A DNA stretch of 45,287 nucleotides from a virus. Taxonomy: Duplodnaviria > Caudoviricetes. The notes beneath the pieces are model-generated. The model searched no databases, was not told the DNA's origin, and saw only the letters and a list, made by a program, of their open reading frames with translations. A program made the position numbers and the translations under genes. The stretch covers positions 1-45,287 of IMG/VR virus record IMGVR_UViG_3300016722_000157; one strand, written 5' to 3'. This document shows positions 37,027 to 45,287 of the stretch, one piece after another. Each line of letters opens with the position of its first letter. The first letter of the stretch is position 1.

Positions 37027-37331
37027 TTTGAATAGTCTCTATAAAGATCAATTAGCCATTTAGAACCTTGTTCGAGAGGTCTTGACGTTACGGACACGGA
37101 CTCTTCTCTGTTCTTGTAATAAGAACCAATATTGAGGAGCATAGCTTGTTGCAAAGGTTTAGGTACTCCTTCAGCTCCAAGTTGCAATAATTCATCAACT
37201 GAAATATGGAGCTCACGTGCTACCTTTTCCTCTGCCACATCACATAAAAGCTGAATGTAGGAATCGTCGTCCGTAAACCACGATTCCACATTACAGTGCT
37301 TTTTTGCTATATCTAAAGGTATACAGCTCAT
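37023..37331 (-). CDS. Head-tail connector (HK97 gp6-like)
   Basis: AKKHCNV, DDSYI, QAMLLNIGSYYKNRE. Confidence 0.85.
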   Translation of the reverse strand: MSCIPLDIAKKHCNVESWFTDDDSYIQLLCDVAEEKVARELHISVDELLQLGAEGVPKPLQQAMLLNIGSYYKNREESVSVTSRPLEQGSKWLIDLYRDYSK

Positions 37332-37333
37332 TA

Positions 37334-38578
37334 TTACTTCATTGTTGCGAATGAGAACGACTCCTTGCGGACGAAGCCCATATCCCAATAAGAATTGATG
37401 ATAATTCTTACCTTTGCATTCAGCCCCTGAGTGTACTGATCTACGAGTAGATTAATAGAGCCCCATTGTCCCAAGAAATATTGAGACCAATCACCGTATG
37501 TTATTGCGTATTCGTCTGCTCCTGCCTGCAATTTAGACGGAAGATTAGTAGAGCGAAGTGCCTTGTAAGCATTCAACATACCAGGACCATCATTACCGAA
37601 TACGAATCCACCGGCGCCACTATTATCCTTTACTTTGGTTTTTGCTTTTCCAAGAAGTGCGGGATGCATGATATAGGCTAAATTGCCAAGCAGTGCGTTG
37701 TTGCAGTCCGCTTCTGTTTCCATCTGTACGATTTTAGCCCAAGACATATCACCGGTAATTTCTGTTGGGAGCTCTTGGAACATTCCATCAGGAATAAGAT
37801 CATCGTGAGCAGAATTAGAGAAAGCGGTGGCTTCAAGTTTCTGTGCAAGAGCGGTAGCGAGCAAGTTTCTAACCAATCCGTCTACAGAAATGTTTTCCTG
37901 AATAAGGAGCTGCTCGGAAATGTCCACATACGCCGTAAGACGGTGAGGTTTGAAAATACTTCCGGCAGAAATAGCATTTGCGCCATCTTTAGCAGCGGTA
38001 TTTTCACCCTCCCAGAATACATTCGCTTTAGAGGTGCTAGGCCACATGATATTTCCACGAAGTCCTGTCATCATTCTTACGCCTGCTTTGGAAAGAACCA
38101 AATTAGGCTCGAGGGGTAACAGCATTTCCTGCTTGTCCGTATCAACAACAACGCCCGTTGCTGCTTCATTTGCGGCAGTGAAAGTCGCACGGCTTTCAAG
38201 AGGAATATAAATAGACCCTTTCGAACGTTTAGTGTCTATGCCTGTCATCTCTTGTGCTTTTCTAGCCTCTTCCAATACTGAAGCTTCAGAGTCTCTTTGC
38301 TCTTCTCCATACATGGCAGCTACAATCGCCCTACGAAGAGAGAACCGTTCATTTTTCTTTTCTTCATGAGGCTTTCCCTTTGAACGATTTTCCTCTTCCA
38401 AACGATCCACTTCGACGTTAATTTCTTGCATTCTGCACTGAATGCTACCGAGTTCTTCCTGCTCTTTGTCATTGAGCATTCTTTTTTCACCTTTTGCGGC
38501 ATTGGTGATCTCTGCGGAGCGAGTAGCGAGTTGCTTTTTTTCGTCCCGGAGTTCTGTTGTACTTTTTTCTTTTGGCAT
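37334..38578 (-). CDS. Major capsid protein, HK97 fold with delta domain
   Basis: N-terminal coiled coil; WEGEN; ISEQLL; GDWSQY. Confidence 0.92.
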   Translation of the reverse strand: MPKEKSTTELRDEKKQLATRSAEITNAAKGEKRMLNDKEQEELGSIQCRMQEINVEVDRLEEENRSKGKPHEEKKNERFSLRRAIVAAMYGEEQRDSEASVLEEARKAQEMTGIDTKRSKGSIYIPLESRATFTAANEAATGVVVDTDKQEMLLPLEPNLVLSKAGVRMMTGLRGNIMWPSTSKANVFWEGENTAAKDGANAISAGSIFKPHRLTAYVDISEQLLIQENISVDGLVRNLLATALAQKLEATAFSNSAHDDLIPDGMFQELPTEITGDMSWAKIVQMETEADCNNALLGNLAYIMHPALLGKAKTKVKDNSGAGGFVFGNDGPGMLNAYKALRSTNLPSKLQAGADEYAITYGDWSQYFLGQWGSINLLVDQYTQGLNAKVRIIINSYWDMGFVRKESFSFATMK

Positions 38579-38589
38579 GATAACTTTTA

Positions 38590-39183
38590 TTAAATGTTGA
38601 TACTTTTATTTATGTTCTCGTAATAACTATCTAGCTCATGGCTTGCAATTTCTTCCTCTGATTTTTCGAGGTCTTCTTTACCTCTCGTATAAACAGATGT
38701 TTTCGAATATGCGGCGCTATATACCGGGGAAACGTCATAGAGATTGCCTATTTTATGAATCGTTCTCGTATAGTGTCCGTCTTTGTCTTTTGTCCATGTG
38801 TCCGACTCAACATCGAAGCTGAAAGAAGACTCACTTATTTCTCCCCGGTCCAAATGCTCTATCGTTTCCACCCCTATGGATGATTTAGGAGCATCAAAAC
38901 GATACAAAAGCCCTTTATCGTCAACACTAAGCGATAATGAACCGCTTCCTTTATTCGAACGGGCTAATACGCCTCTGGACGAGTCGTGATTTAAGAGCGC
39001 AAACACATCTGATTTGGCTATTACACCATCAAGAGCTCCCCTTTCTATGATTTCAGTGAAAGAAAGTCCATCTGACGGAGTGTTAAACAGAAGAGCATAG
39101 CCCTCAACCGTCCTTTTTTCTTCATCTGTCTTTACCTGGATTTGGTTTTGCAGATTTCTTACTTCTTTTTTATTTTCTTCCAT
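38590..39183 (-). CDS. HK97-family prohead protease
   Basis: EGYALLFN, LLNHD, SSFSF, DVSPVYSAAY. Confidence 0.93.
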   Translation of the reverse strand: MEENKKEVRNLQNQIQVKTDEEKRTVEGYALLFNTPSDGLSFTEIIERGALDGVIAKSDVFALLNHDSSRGVLARSNKGSGSLSLSVDDKGLLYRFDAPKSSIGVETIEHLDRGEISESSFSFDVESDTWTKDKDGHYTRTIHKIGNLYDVSPVYSAAYSKTSVYTRGKEDLEKSEEEIASHELDSYYENINKSINI

Positions 39184-39192
39184 GAGTTTTTA

Positions 39193-39216
39193 TATTAACA
39201 TTTAAAGTGTCGGACA
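39193..39216 (-). promoter_or_regulatory. Late motif copy 3 (TGTCCGACA-CTTTAAA-TGTTAATA)
   Basis: Intergenic, just before the protease ATG. Confidence 0.7.
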
Positions 39217-39225
39217 TTTTTCATT

Positions 39226-40452
39226 CTATATTTTTTGAATGGTCTCCTTTTTTTGAGTAGGGAGCATGGCGTTATCAAGCGTTTGTACATTTACCTGCAC
39301 AAATGCCTTATCACCGTTCTCTATTTTGGGTAAATTATTGGCTCTACGGGCCTCATTAGGCGTCAATGCACCTATATTGAATAAATTCTTATTATATTCT
39401 CCTTGTGCCGCCTTATCGGTACGGAGAATAGCGGAAGTGTCAAATTCTGCCGAGAATTCATTTCTTTCGCTTGGCAAAAATAATTTTCTGTTAAACTCCA
39501 GCTCTATTTTTGTGATAACAGCCAAAAGAGTGTCGGTCAAATACTGTAATTGGGTAGCCTCAACAGTGGAATAAGAAGACTTCGAAAGATCGAAAGCTTT
39601 TACAGGGGAAACGGAAAAGAAACGGCATATATCCACTACGTTAAACTGCCTACTCTCGAGAAGTTGCGAGTCTTTCGGGCTTACAGTAATAGCCTGATAA
39701 TCGAAATTAGCCGGCACTATTACCATTCCATTAGGTTTACCCGTTACGGGATTAAGCCTATTTTGCCATGTTTCATAAATTTCGTCTTTTTGATCCTTTG
39801 TAACGGGAGGCCCCGCTACCTGCTTCAGCATACTCGATGCAGAACCGCCTCCCTCAAAGAATCCTTTTGCATGAGCTTCAGATGAAGTAGCTATTCCTAG
39901 CGTCTGTGCTGCATGAGTAAGAGTGGAAACACCTATTATTCCGTCGTAAGAGAAATTGAGTACATGGATCATGTCTTTCGGCTCTACTAGGTCGCTAAAT
40001 CCCGTAACTCTATATCTTTTTCTTTTAAATCCATTGCTATCGGTTATCCATTCAACTGAACATGCCGATGTTGGAATAAAAACCAATTGGATGGGTTGTA
40101 ATTTATCATCTCTTTCTATATAGGCGTATCCGTTTCCGGTCAAAAGGACAGAAGTCATAAGTGTTTTCATGAAAACAAACCTGGTCATATTCTCATTGGG
40201 CTCCAGGTTTAGAAGATTATAAGCGGGGTGATTTTTTGCTTCTGACTTAAACCCATCCTTATCTATTCTATAGACTACAAAAGGCAAAGCTCCTATGCTG
40301 TCTGTTATTAAATCCACGCATCGATAGACGGTTGATAAAAGCATAGGCTTTCTCGTACTCGCAAGAAAAGGGATACCATTTGAATTCCATGCCGGGATCA
40401 TTGATATTTCTCCCTTTGAAGCTTTTCTTATTTCTAATCCTAATATTTTCAT
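39226..40452 (-). CDS. HK97-family portal protein
   Basis: STVYRCV, LNLEPN, GNGYAYI, ICRFFSV, TPNEAR; ATG 40452 preferred. Confidence 0.95.
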   Translation of the reverse strand: MKILGLEIRKASKGEISMIPAWNSNGIPFLASTRKPMLLSTVYRCVDLITDSIGALPFVVYRIDKDGFKSEAKNHPAYNLLNLEPNENMTRFVFMKTLMTSVLLTGNGYAYIERDDKLQPIQLVFIPTSACSVEWITDSNGFKRKRYRVTGFSDLVEPKDMIHVLNFSYDGIIGVSTLTHAAQTLGIATSSEAHAKGFFEGGGSASSMLKQVAGPPVTKDQKDEIYETWQNRLNPVTGKPNGMVIVPANFDYQAITVSPKDSQLLESRQFNVVDICRFFSVSPVKAFDLSKSSYSTVEATQLQYLTDTLLAVITKIELEFNRKLFLPSERNEFSAEFDTSAILRTDKAAQGEYNKNLFNIGALTPNEARRANNLPKIENGDKAFVQVNVQTLDNAMLPTQKKETIQKI

Positions 40453-40464
40453 TAGATGTTTTAT

Positions 40465-40488
40465 TATTAACATCTAAAGTGTCGGACA
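40465..40488 (-). promoter_or_regulatory. Late motif copy 2 (TGTCCGACA-CTTTAGA-TGTTAATA)
   Basis: Intergenic, just before the portal ATG; 23/24 identical to copy 3. Confidence 0.7.
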
Positions 40489-40490
40489 TT

Positions 40491-42107
40491 TTAATAAAAA
40501 TTTCCGTAACGGGGAGAGTAGAGATACATACCAAGACTTTCAATAATGGCAATTACTCCATCGATCTTTTTCTCTTCAAACTCTTTTGTTGGTTTTACGT
40601 TTCCGTTTAAATCTCTTTTTATAACAACATTTCTGAAACAATGGCGGTTTATGATATTATTATCTATAACTACCTTTCCTGATAAAATAAGTCTTTCAAG
40701 TTCCTTTGTGGGTTGATTAAAATTGCCTATTGCCTGGCTGAATGGTTCCATTGGCAAACCTTTATCTGTTGCGTTGATAACAAACTGCGTAGCATTCCAT
40801 TTATCATATCCTACGCTTATCATTCTTACCGTCTTTGATACATCTATCATGTCGTTCAATATGATATCATAGTCAACAACATTTCCAGGGGTTATTTTTA
40901 TTATCCCTTGTCTTCTCCATTCTCCATAAAGCTCCTTAAATCTCTTTTCATACAATGCGGCTTCCGGGAGATAATACTTAACTATAAAATCAAAAGCTTC
41001 TTCTGTAGGAAACAGATAACTCACACATGTAAGGTCGGATGTTGAGGAGAGGTCAATTCCGCAAAAGCATTCCATACCTCTGAATTTCTCAAACGATAAA
41101 TTCTTAGAAGAGTCTAGTAGGTAATGTTCAGGAATCCAAACCTTTTCCGAATCACACCAGATATTGAAAGACTTTGTTTTTATTCCATTTTCGGCAGAGG
41201 GTGAGTTCGTAGCCTCTGTGACCTGTTTCCTTAAAAAATCTTCCTGAACAGTAACGTTATAATTAGGACTTGACTTTCCCCATGTTTTCTCGTCTTTCCA
41301 ATCGTCTTTGTCGTCTTTCTCAAATATAGCCGCGAAAAGAGAATCATCGTTTTTTATTCCTTTTAGGACTTCCGTGCACATCGTTCTATATTCAAAACAT
41401 GGACTTAATTTGTCAAACCCCGCCGTGGTTATTATTATGGCCAATGGGTTTTCACGCATAGCCTGAGAAGACTGAAGTACATCCCTTAGAGCGGAACTTT
41501 TTGCGGCATGGTATTCATCAATCAAATACATCGAAGCATTAAAACCGTCCAACTTTGAGTCGTCTGCGGAGAATACCTGTAAAACTGAAACCATTTTTTC
41601 ATAGCTTATTTTATCTCTATATGTGTTCAGGTATTTACCTTTGGGGTCCATTCCTTTTGCGAACTGCTTACAGAACTTAAAAGCTATTTTTGCCTGCTCT
41701 TTTGAATTGGCCGCTAAATCAACCTCGGCGTCACTTTCATCATCAGCAATTAAATGATAAAGACAAAGACCTGCAGCAAATGCGGTCTTTCCATTCTTTC
41801 GGGCTATTTCTATAAAGACATAATTAACCAGCCGCTTACCTGTCGATTTTACGTAAAATCCATATATTGAAGCAACGATAAATTGTTGCCACAGTTGAAG
41901 TAAGAACTTTTTGCCTGCATGTCTTCCTGTGAAGTGACGGAGCATACCAAAGAAGTTTATTACTTTATCTACCTTTTCTTCTTTAAACTCGTATTTATCA
42001 TCTTCCATCAGGTTAAAAAAACGCTTTGCGGCAAGTCTTATCCACTCACCGCTAACAACATCCCCACTTATGACATCTTGGGCATATTTATAATATCCTT
42101 TTATCAT
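40491..42107 (-). CDS. terL: Terminase large subunit (cos-type Terminase_1-like)
   Basis: ARKNGKT, IDEYH, ITTAG, GIDLSSTSDL, KIDGVIA. Confidence 0.96.
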   Translation of the reverse strand: MIKGYYKYAQDVISGDVVSGEWIRLAAKRFFNLMEDDKYEFKEEKVDKVINFFGMLRHFTGRHAGKKFLLQLWQQFIVASIYGFYVKSTGKRLVNYVFIEIARKNGKTAFAAGLCLYHLIADDESDAEVDLAANSKEQAKIAFKFCKQFAKGMDPKGKYLNTYRDKISYEKMVSVLQVFSADDSKLDGFNASMYLIDEYHAAKSSALRDVLQSSQAMRENPLAIIITTAGFDKLSPCFEYRTMCTEVLKGIKNDDSLFAAIFEKDDKDDWKDEKTWGKSSPNYNVTVQEDFLRKQVTEATNSPSAENGIKTKSFNIWCDSEKVWIPEHYLLDSSKNLSFEKFRGMECFCGIDLSSTSDLTCVSYLFPTEEAFDFIVKYYLPEAALYEKRFKELYGEWRRQGIIKITPGNVVDYDIILNDMIDVSKTVRMISVGYDKWNATQFVINATDKGLPMEPFSQAIGNFNQPTKELERLILSGKVVIDNNIINRHCFRNVVIKRDLNGNVKPTKEFEEKKIDGVIAIIESLGMYLYSPRYGNFY

Positions 42108-42487
42108 CTGTATTCCCTTACGAACGAATCCATAGGACACTCTTCGTCGTCATCTGAAGAAAGCGCTTTTATCTGACCTTTCGATTTCATAGTGAACCCA
42201 TATTCTTTTGCAAGGTCTAAATATTGCGACCAACTTTCTTTCAAAATATTCATCTCTGGGCGCTTAACCTCTTCACCTTTTAAATTTATCTTTGTCATTC
42301 CATACAGAGAAATAGTATCTACACATGATAAATATGTGTCATAAGCCGTTGCCATTCTATGTAGATTAGGTATGTCGTATTCCGACAGAACGCCTCTATT
42401 ATTCAGGTCTCTAACGAAACTTGATATTATTTTCCTAGCATCTTTATGCTTGATCGTCTTTGGAATTTTAAAAATTATGCCTTTCAT
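42104..42487 (-). CDS. terS: Terminase small subunit (P27-like)
   Basis: ATGA-coupled to terL; KRPE; AKEYGFT. Confidence 0.85.
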   Translation of the reverse strand: MKGIIFKIPKTIKHKDARKIISSFVRDLNNRGVLSEYDIPNLHRMATAYDTYLSCVDTISLYGMTKINLKGEEVKRPEMNILKESWSQYLDLAKEYGFTMKSKGQIKALSSDDDEECPMDSFVREYR

Positions 42488-42510
42488 CTTGGTGTATGCT
42501 TTTATAAGAA

Positions 42511-42530
42511 AACATTTTTTTTGTCGGACA
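42511..42530 (-). promoter_or_regulatory. Late motif copy 1 (TGTCCGACA-A7-TGTT)
   Basis: Intergenic, upstream of terS. Confidence 0.65.
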
Positions 42531-42577
42531 AAAACACTGTTTTAACATTTTGCTACACTTTGGCTTTTTTCAAAAAG

Positions 42578-42655
42578 TACCGTTTGTGTAAACTCGACTA
42601 GGGCGAGGTTTGGCGGGCGAGAACGAATAAAAAATGACCCCATACCCCCGTGGGA
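42578..42655 (-). other. Probable cos packaging region
   Basis: GC-rich non-coding island upstream of terS; minus strand GGGGGTATGGGGTC...AAACCTCGCCC; GGGCGAG at 42601 and 42615; cut site not determinable. Confidence 0.55.
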
Positions 42656-42755
42656 ATGCTTACCGAGGCGTTCAAAGCTCAACCGGCCGACCATCTGATA
42701 GACTGAACCGAAAAGGTTTGATCTATACATGGTACACGACACATATAGGCATAAC

Positions 42756-42791
42756 AAAAGGGCCTACATAGCAGTAACTACATAGGCCCTT
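42756..42791 (-). terminator. Terminator after the HTH gene
   Basis: AAGGGCCTA...TAGGCCCTT with TTTTGTT tail on minus strand. Confidence 0.65.
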
Positions 42792-42808
42792 AACGGATGG
42801 TATAATAT

Positions 42809-43066
42809 CTAATCTATTGGTACTATCTTAAATCTCTTATGACAGTGGGGACACTCTATTATATCAATGTCTCTTTGTACCTCACTCGGCGATGAGAATA
42901 GTTGCCACATTGGTACGTTCAATGCAGACGCTATACGTTCATACGTATTTATATTGGCACTCCCTTTTATCTGCAAGCTCAACGCCTGCCTACTTATATG
43001 CAACAAGTCTGCAAGTTCTTGCAATGTCGTTGATTGCTCTTTGAGGACTTCTTTTATTCTATTCAT
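42809..43066 (-). CDS. XRE HTH regulator with C-terminal CPHC knuckle
   Basis: TLQELADLLHISRQALS, IASALNVPMWQLF, CPHC. Confidence 0.88.
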   Translation of the reverse strand: MNRIKEVLKEQSTTLQELADLLHISRQALSLQIKGSANINTYERIASALNVPMWQLFSSPSEVQRDIDIIECPHCHKRFKIVPID

Positions 43067-43089
43067 TGCTTTCTTTATTGATTATGTTG

Positions 43090-43201
43090 CAAATATACAT
43101 TAATATATTTCATGTAAAGTAATTCATTTACTAATTGATGTTAAACATCAATATATTCATTACTTTTTATTTGTGTGTGTAAAGTAATTCATTTACATTT
43201 G
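43090..43201. promoter_or_regulatory. Divergent promoters with two identical 19-bp operators TGTAAAGTAATTCATTTAC (43113-43131, 43178-43196)
   Basis: Rightward TTTG(43170)-N20-TACATTTG(43194-43201); leftward TATATTTG (43097-43090); operator has GTAAA/TTTAC arms. Confidence 0.8.
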
Positions 43202-43247
43202 TATCATAATAATAAAGGAACAAATAACAATTAAACAATAAAACATT

Positions 43248-43394
43248 ATGAAGACTTACAAGATTTACGACCGCATCGATAAGGTAACATTGAAAAGAGT
43301 TTATAAGAATTGGCAGACAGCCAATAACGCTGAAAATCGTATGAACTACGAGTACGGATCATATCGATACACAAAGGTAGTAGTAAACAATTAA
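43248..43394 (+). CDS. 48-aa protein absent from the ORF track
   Basis: MKTYKIYDRIDK...VVVNN; first ORF after promoter; A-rich leader. Confidence 0.65.
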   Translation: MKTYKIYDRIDKVTLKRVYKNWQTANNAENRMNYEYGSYRYTKVVVNN

Positions 43395-43412
43395 ACAATA
43401 GGAGATAAGATT

Positions 43413-43568
43413 ATGAAAAATATCAATTCAATCAGAAGACAGTACGCTTTATTAATGTTTCAAAACGCGATTAATAGATTAGACGGCAAGATAAATGCTG
43501 AACAACAAAAAAGTAGAGATAGGCTTATCATTAAAGCCTATGAAAACACGATTAGAACTAATTTTTAA
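43413..43568 (+). CDS. 51-aa protein absent from the ORF track
   Basis: MKNINSIRRQY...IRTNF; leader AACAATTAAACAATA shared with previous gene. Confidence 0.65.
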   Translation: MKNINSIRRQYALLMFQNAINRLDGKINAEQQKSRDRLIIKAYENTIRTNF

Positions 43569-43585
43569 ATTAATAAATAACGATT

Positions 43586-43792
43586 ATGAAACTAGAAGAT
43601 TTGCAAAATAACAGCCAGACCACTATAGTAAGTGGTGGGAAAGAGAAGAGTATTTATTGCATCATGGTTTTACGCATGATGGACACGGAAAAGTTCGCGA
43701 ATAACTATTGCGGTGCTTTAAGCTTTGTTTGTGAAGTATTCCCCGAAATAGATGCCGATGAACTCGAAAAGGAACTAGATAAATTCATCTAA
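43586..43792 (+). CDS. Small acidic hypothetical protein
   Basis: 68 aa; EIDADELEKELDKFI. Confidence 0.7.
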   Translation: MKLEDLQNNSQTTIVSGGKEKSIYCIMVLRMMDTEKFANNYCGALSFVCEVFPEIDADELEKELDKFI

Positions 43793-43804
43793 CACGAAAT
43801 AGCC

Positions 43805-44035
43805 ATGGAAACAAATAAATTAGCTGCTGAAATGATCAGCAAATCGAATACAGGTAATGAAGTCAATTATAGAGATTGCATCTTTTACGGGATGGGGTTA
43901 TATTGCTATAGAGAGGATGCCGAAAGGGTAGGGATTGAGTTCACAGATAGAGACAACGATTTGTTTGTCACAATTAAACCCGATATTGAGAATGTAGCAA
44001 AGATGATAACTTTCGCAAATAGTATAGAATTCTAA
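43805..44035 (+). CDS. Small acidic hypothetical protein
   Basis: 76 aa; followed by terminator. Confidence 0.7.
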   Translation: METNKLAAEMISKSNTGNEVNYRDCIFYGMGLYCYREDAERVGIEFTDRDNDLFVTIKPDIENVAKMITFANSIEF

Positions 44036-44052
44036 GATCATTAAGTTATAAC

Positions 44053-44082
44053 AAAAAGGCGGTCCCAATTGGCCGCCTTTTT
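44053..44082. terminator. Bidirectional terminator
   Basis: AAAAAGGCGG...CCGCCTTTTT between convergent genes. Confidence 0.85.
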
Positions 44083-44132
44083 CCGTTTTGATTCTTAATA
44101 TTGAAATATGCTGATTTTTCGAGTTAAAATAT

Positions 44133-45248
44133 TCACATCATCTTTTCAAATACATTTCTTTCTATAGTACTCTTCAGCACTTTTGCGTAAATCTGTGTTG
44201 TCTTAATATCCTTATGCCCTAACATCTTTGAGACGGTCTCAATTGGTACATCGTGCGCGAGTGCTACAGTCGTTGCAAAAGTATGCCGGGCAACATGTGA
44301 GGTAAGTGGCTTATTTATTCCTAAAATATTCTCGATCGCATGAAGATATAGATTATACTTTTGATTGGACATTACAGGAAGTTTATAATCATACTTTTCA
44401 AGTATTTTCATTGCCGGTGGGAGAATAGGCGTATAGAAGTTGCTTCCGGTCTTCACCCTTTTCGAGTCGATAAAATAAAGCGATCCTGATTTTACCACTT
44501 CTTTTTTGAAGTCGAATGCCTCTAAGTCGGCATAAGCAATACCCGTATAAATTTGAAATATGAACATATCTCGGACCTTATCGAGCAATGAATTAAAGTT
44601 CGTGTTGATGAGTAGATTTATCTCGTCTTGAATTAATGGTTTCCTTTCCTTATATGTTCCTCTATCTATTTTTACCATTCTGTATGGGTTTGATTCTATA
44701 TAACCCATTTGATAGGCTTTAATCACGTATACTTTGATTCTTTTGTGGTATCCGTATATAGTCGTCTGTTCCCGATTATCTTTTCTAAGATAATCATCGA
44801 ATAATAATATATTTCTTGGCGTGAGGCTTGCGAATGATTTTATTTTCCCAAAATCCCTTAAAGCGGAATAAGCCACAAAATGCTGCTTTCTGGTGCTCTC
44901 TCTGATAGCCGATTTAGTTATCATGTCTTCCATTAGCGAAAGAAAGTCAGGGTATTTTTCTTCTTCAGGTTTAATATACTCGTTCAAATTCTCCATCGTT
45001 GAGGCTATTCCGTCTATAGTCATATTTTTAAATGTCTTTTCATAATTCTTTTTGAACTCTGAAAGATACTTGTTAAGACTTAAACTATCAGATCTGTTAA
45101 CTACATAGCCGTCCCACTCTCCAGGAAGAAGCTCAACTTTTGTAGAAATGTACTTTCTTTCACCTCTTGAAAAGTAAATCTCAAGCTCTACAAGTCCCTT
45201 ACCGTTTTTTCTTTTGCGTCTGCCATAGACTAATTTAATCTTTTCCAT
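44133..45248 (-). CDS. int: Tyrosine integrase, Bacteroidota type
   Basis: Arm-binding N-terminus; YTGIAYAD, RVKT, HVARHTFAT, LGH, TTQIYAK; ATG 45248 preferred. Confidence 0.95.
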   Translation of the reverse strand: MEKIKLVYGRRKRKNGKGLVELEIYFSRGERKYISTKVELLPGEWDGYVVNRSDSLSLNKYLSEFKKNYEKTFKNMTIDGIASTMENLNEYIKPEEEKYPDFLSLMEDMITKSAIRESTRKQHFVAYSALRDFGKIKSFASLTPRNILLFDDYLRKDNREQTTIYGYHKRIKVYVIKAYQMGYIESNPYRMVKIDRGTYKERKPLIQDEINLLINTNFNSLLDKVRDMFIFQIYTGIAYADLEAFDFKKEVVKSGSLYFIDSKRVKTGSNFYTPILPPAMKILEKYDYKLPVMSNQKYNLYLHAIENILGINKPLTSHVARHTFATTVALAHDVPIETVSKMLGHKDIKTTQIYAKVLKSTIERNVFEKMM

Positions 45249-45287
45249 GTATACACATATTGTGATACGTGCAAAAATGTGTAACAC

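Larger units (their letters stand above)
1..45287. mobile_element. Temperate siphovirus-like prophage of a Bacteroidota host (HK97-type head, non-contractile tail)
   Basis: Repressor, recombination/replication, terminase-portal-protease-capsid, tail tube, tape measure, lysis and integrase modules all present; no tail sheath; Bacteroidota promoter motifs. Confidence 0.95.

Noticed and set aside
42691-42733. Hammerhead ribozyme (CTGATAGA...GAAA)
   Set aside because: Core has an extra base and no stem II; explained as a simple interrupted hairpin near cos
42542-42757. 71-aa ORF upstream of terS
   Set aside because: Overlaps the cos-like region, TTG start, no recognisable features
50-43103. Numerous antisense and alternate-frame ORFs in the track
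   Set aside because: Shadows of well-supported genes
45249-45287. att site or terminal repeat
   Set aside because: No match to the window start; the window begins on a stop codon and ends on a possible GTG start, so it appears trimmed

Overview
A near-complete temperate siphovirus-like prophage (or prophage-derived genome) of a Bacteroidota host, about 45 kb, apparently trimmed at ORF boundaries so no att sites are visible. Host assignment rests on TTTG-N19/20-TAnnTTTG promoters, A-rich non-SD translation starts, and DUF4494, PcfJK and DUF5675-like genes. Layout: (-) CI repressor plus three envelope proteins (1-2371); (+) about 16 kb early/middle operon with Xis-like, SPFH, antirepressor, RecT/RecE-like, SNF2 helicase, NinG, initiator with iterons, DnaC-like, PcfK/J, an RHH-sigma2-like protein and HNH (2593-18480); (-) AT-rich cargo island of candidate defence genes (18656-22139); (-) HK97-type head, tail and lysis module (22344-42487) with a probable cos region; an HTH-controlled operon of four tiny genes (42809-44035); (-) tyrosine integrase. 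Most notable: (1) four tRNA-shaped elements with good acceptor/T arms but non-decoding anticodon regions punctuating the early operon; (2) a three-gene TIGR04255-like / hidden 59-aa ORF / PemK-MazF-like operon next to a HEPN-motif protein; (3) a four-copy late-promoter-like motif TGTCSGACA-N7-TGTT and a candidate RHH-sigma2 fusion activator; (4) an Aca/Acr-like locus next to cos. All family calls come from motif recognition by eye, not from database searches.
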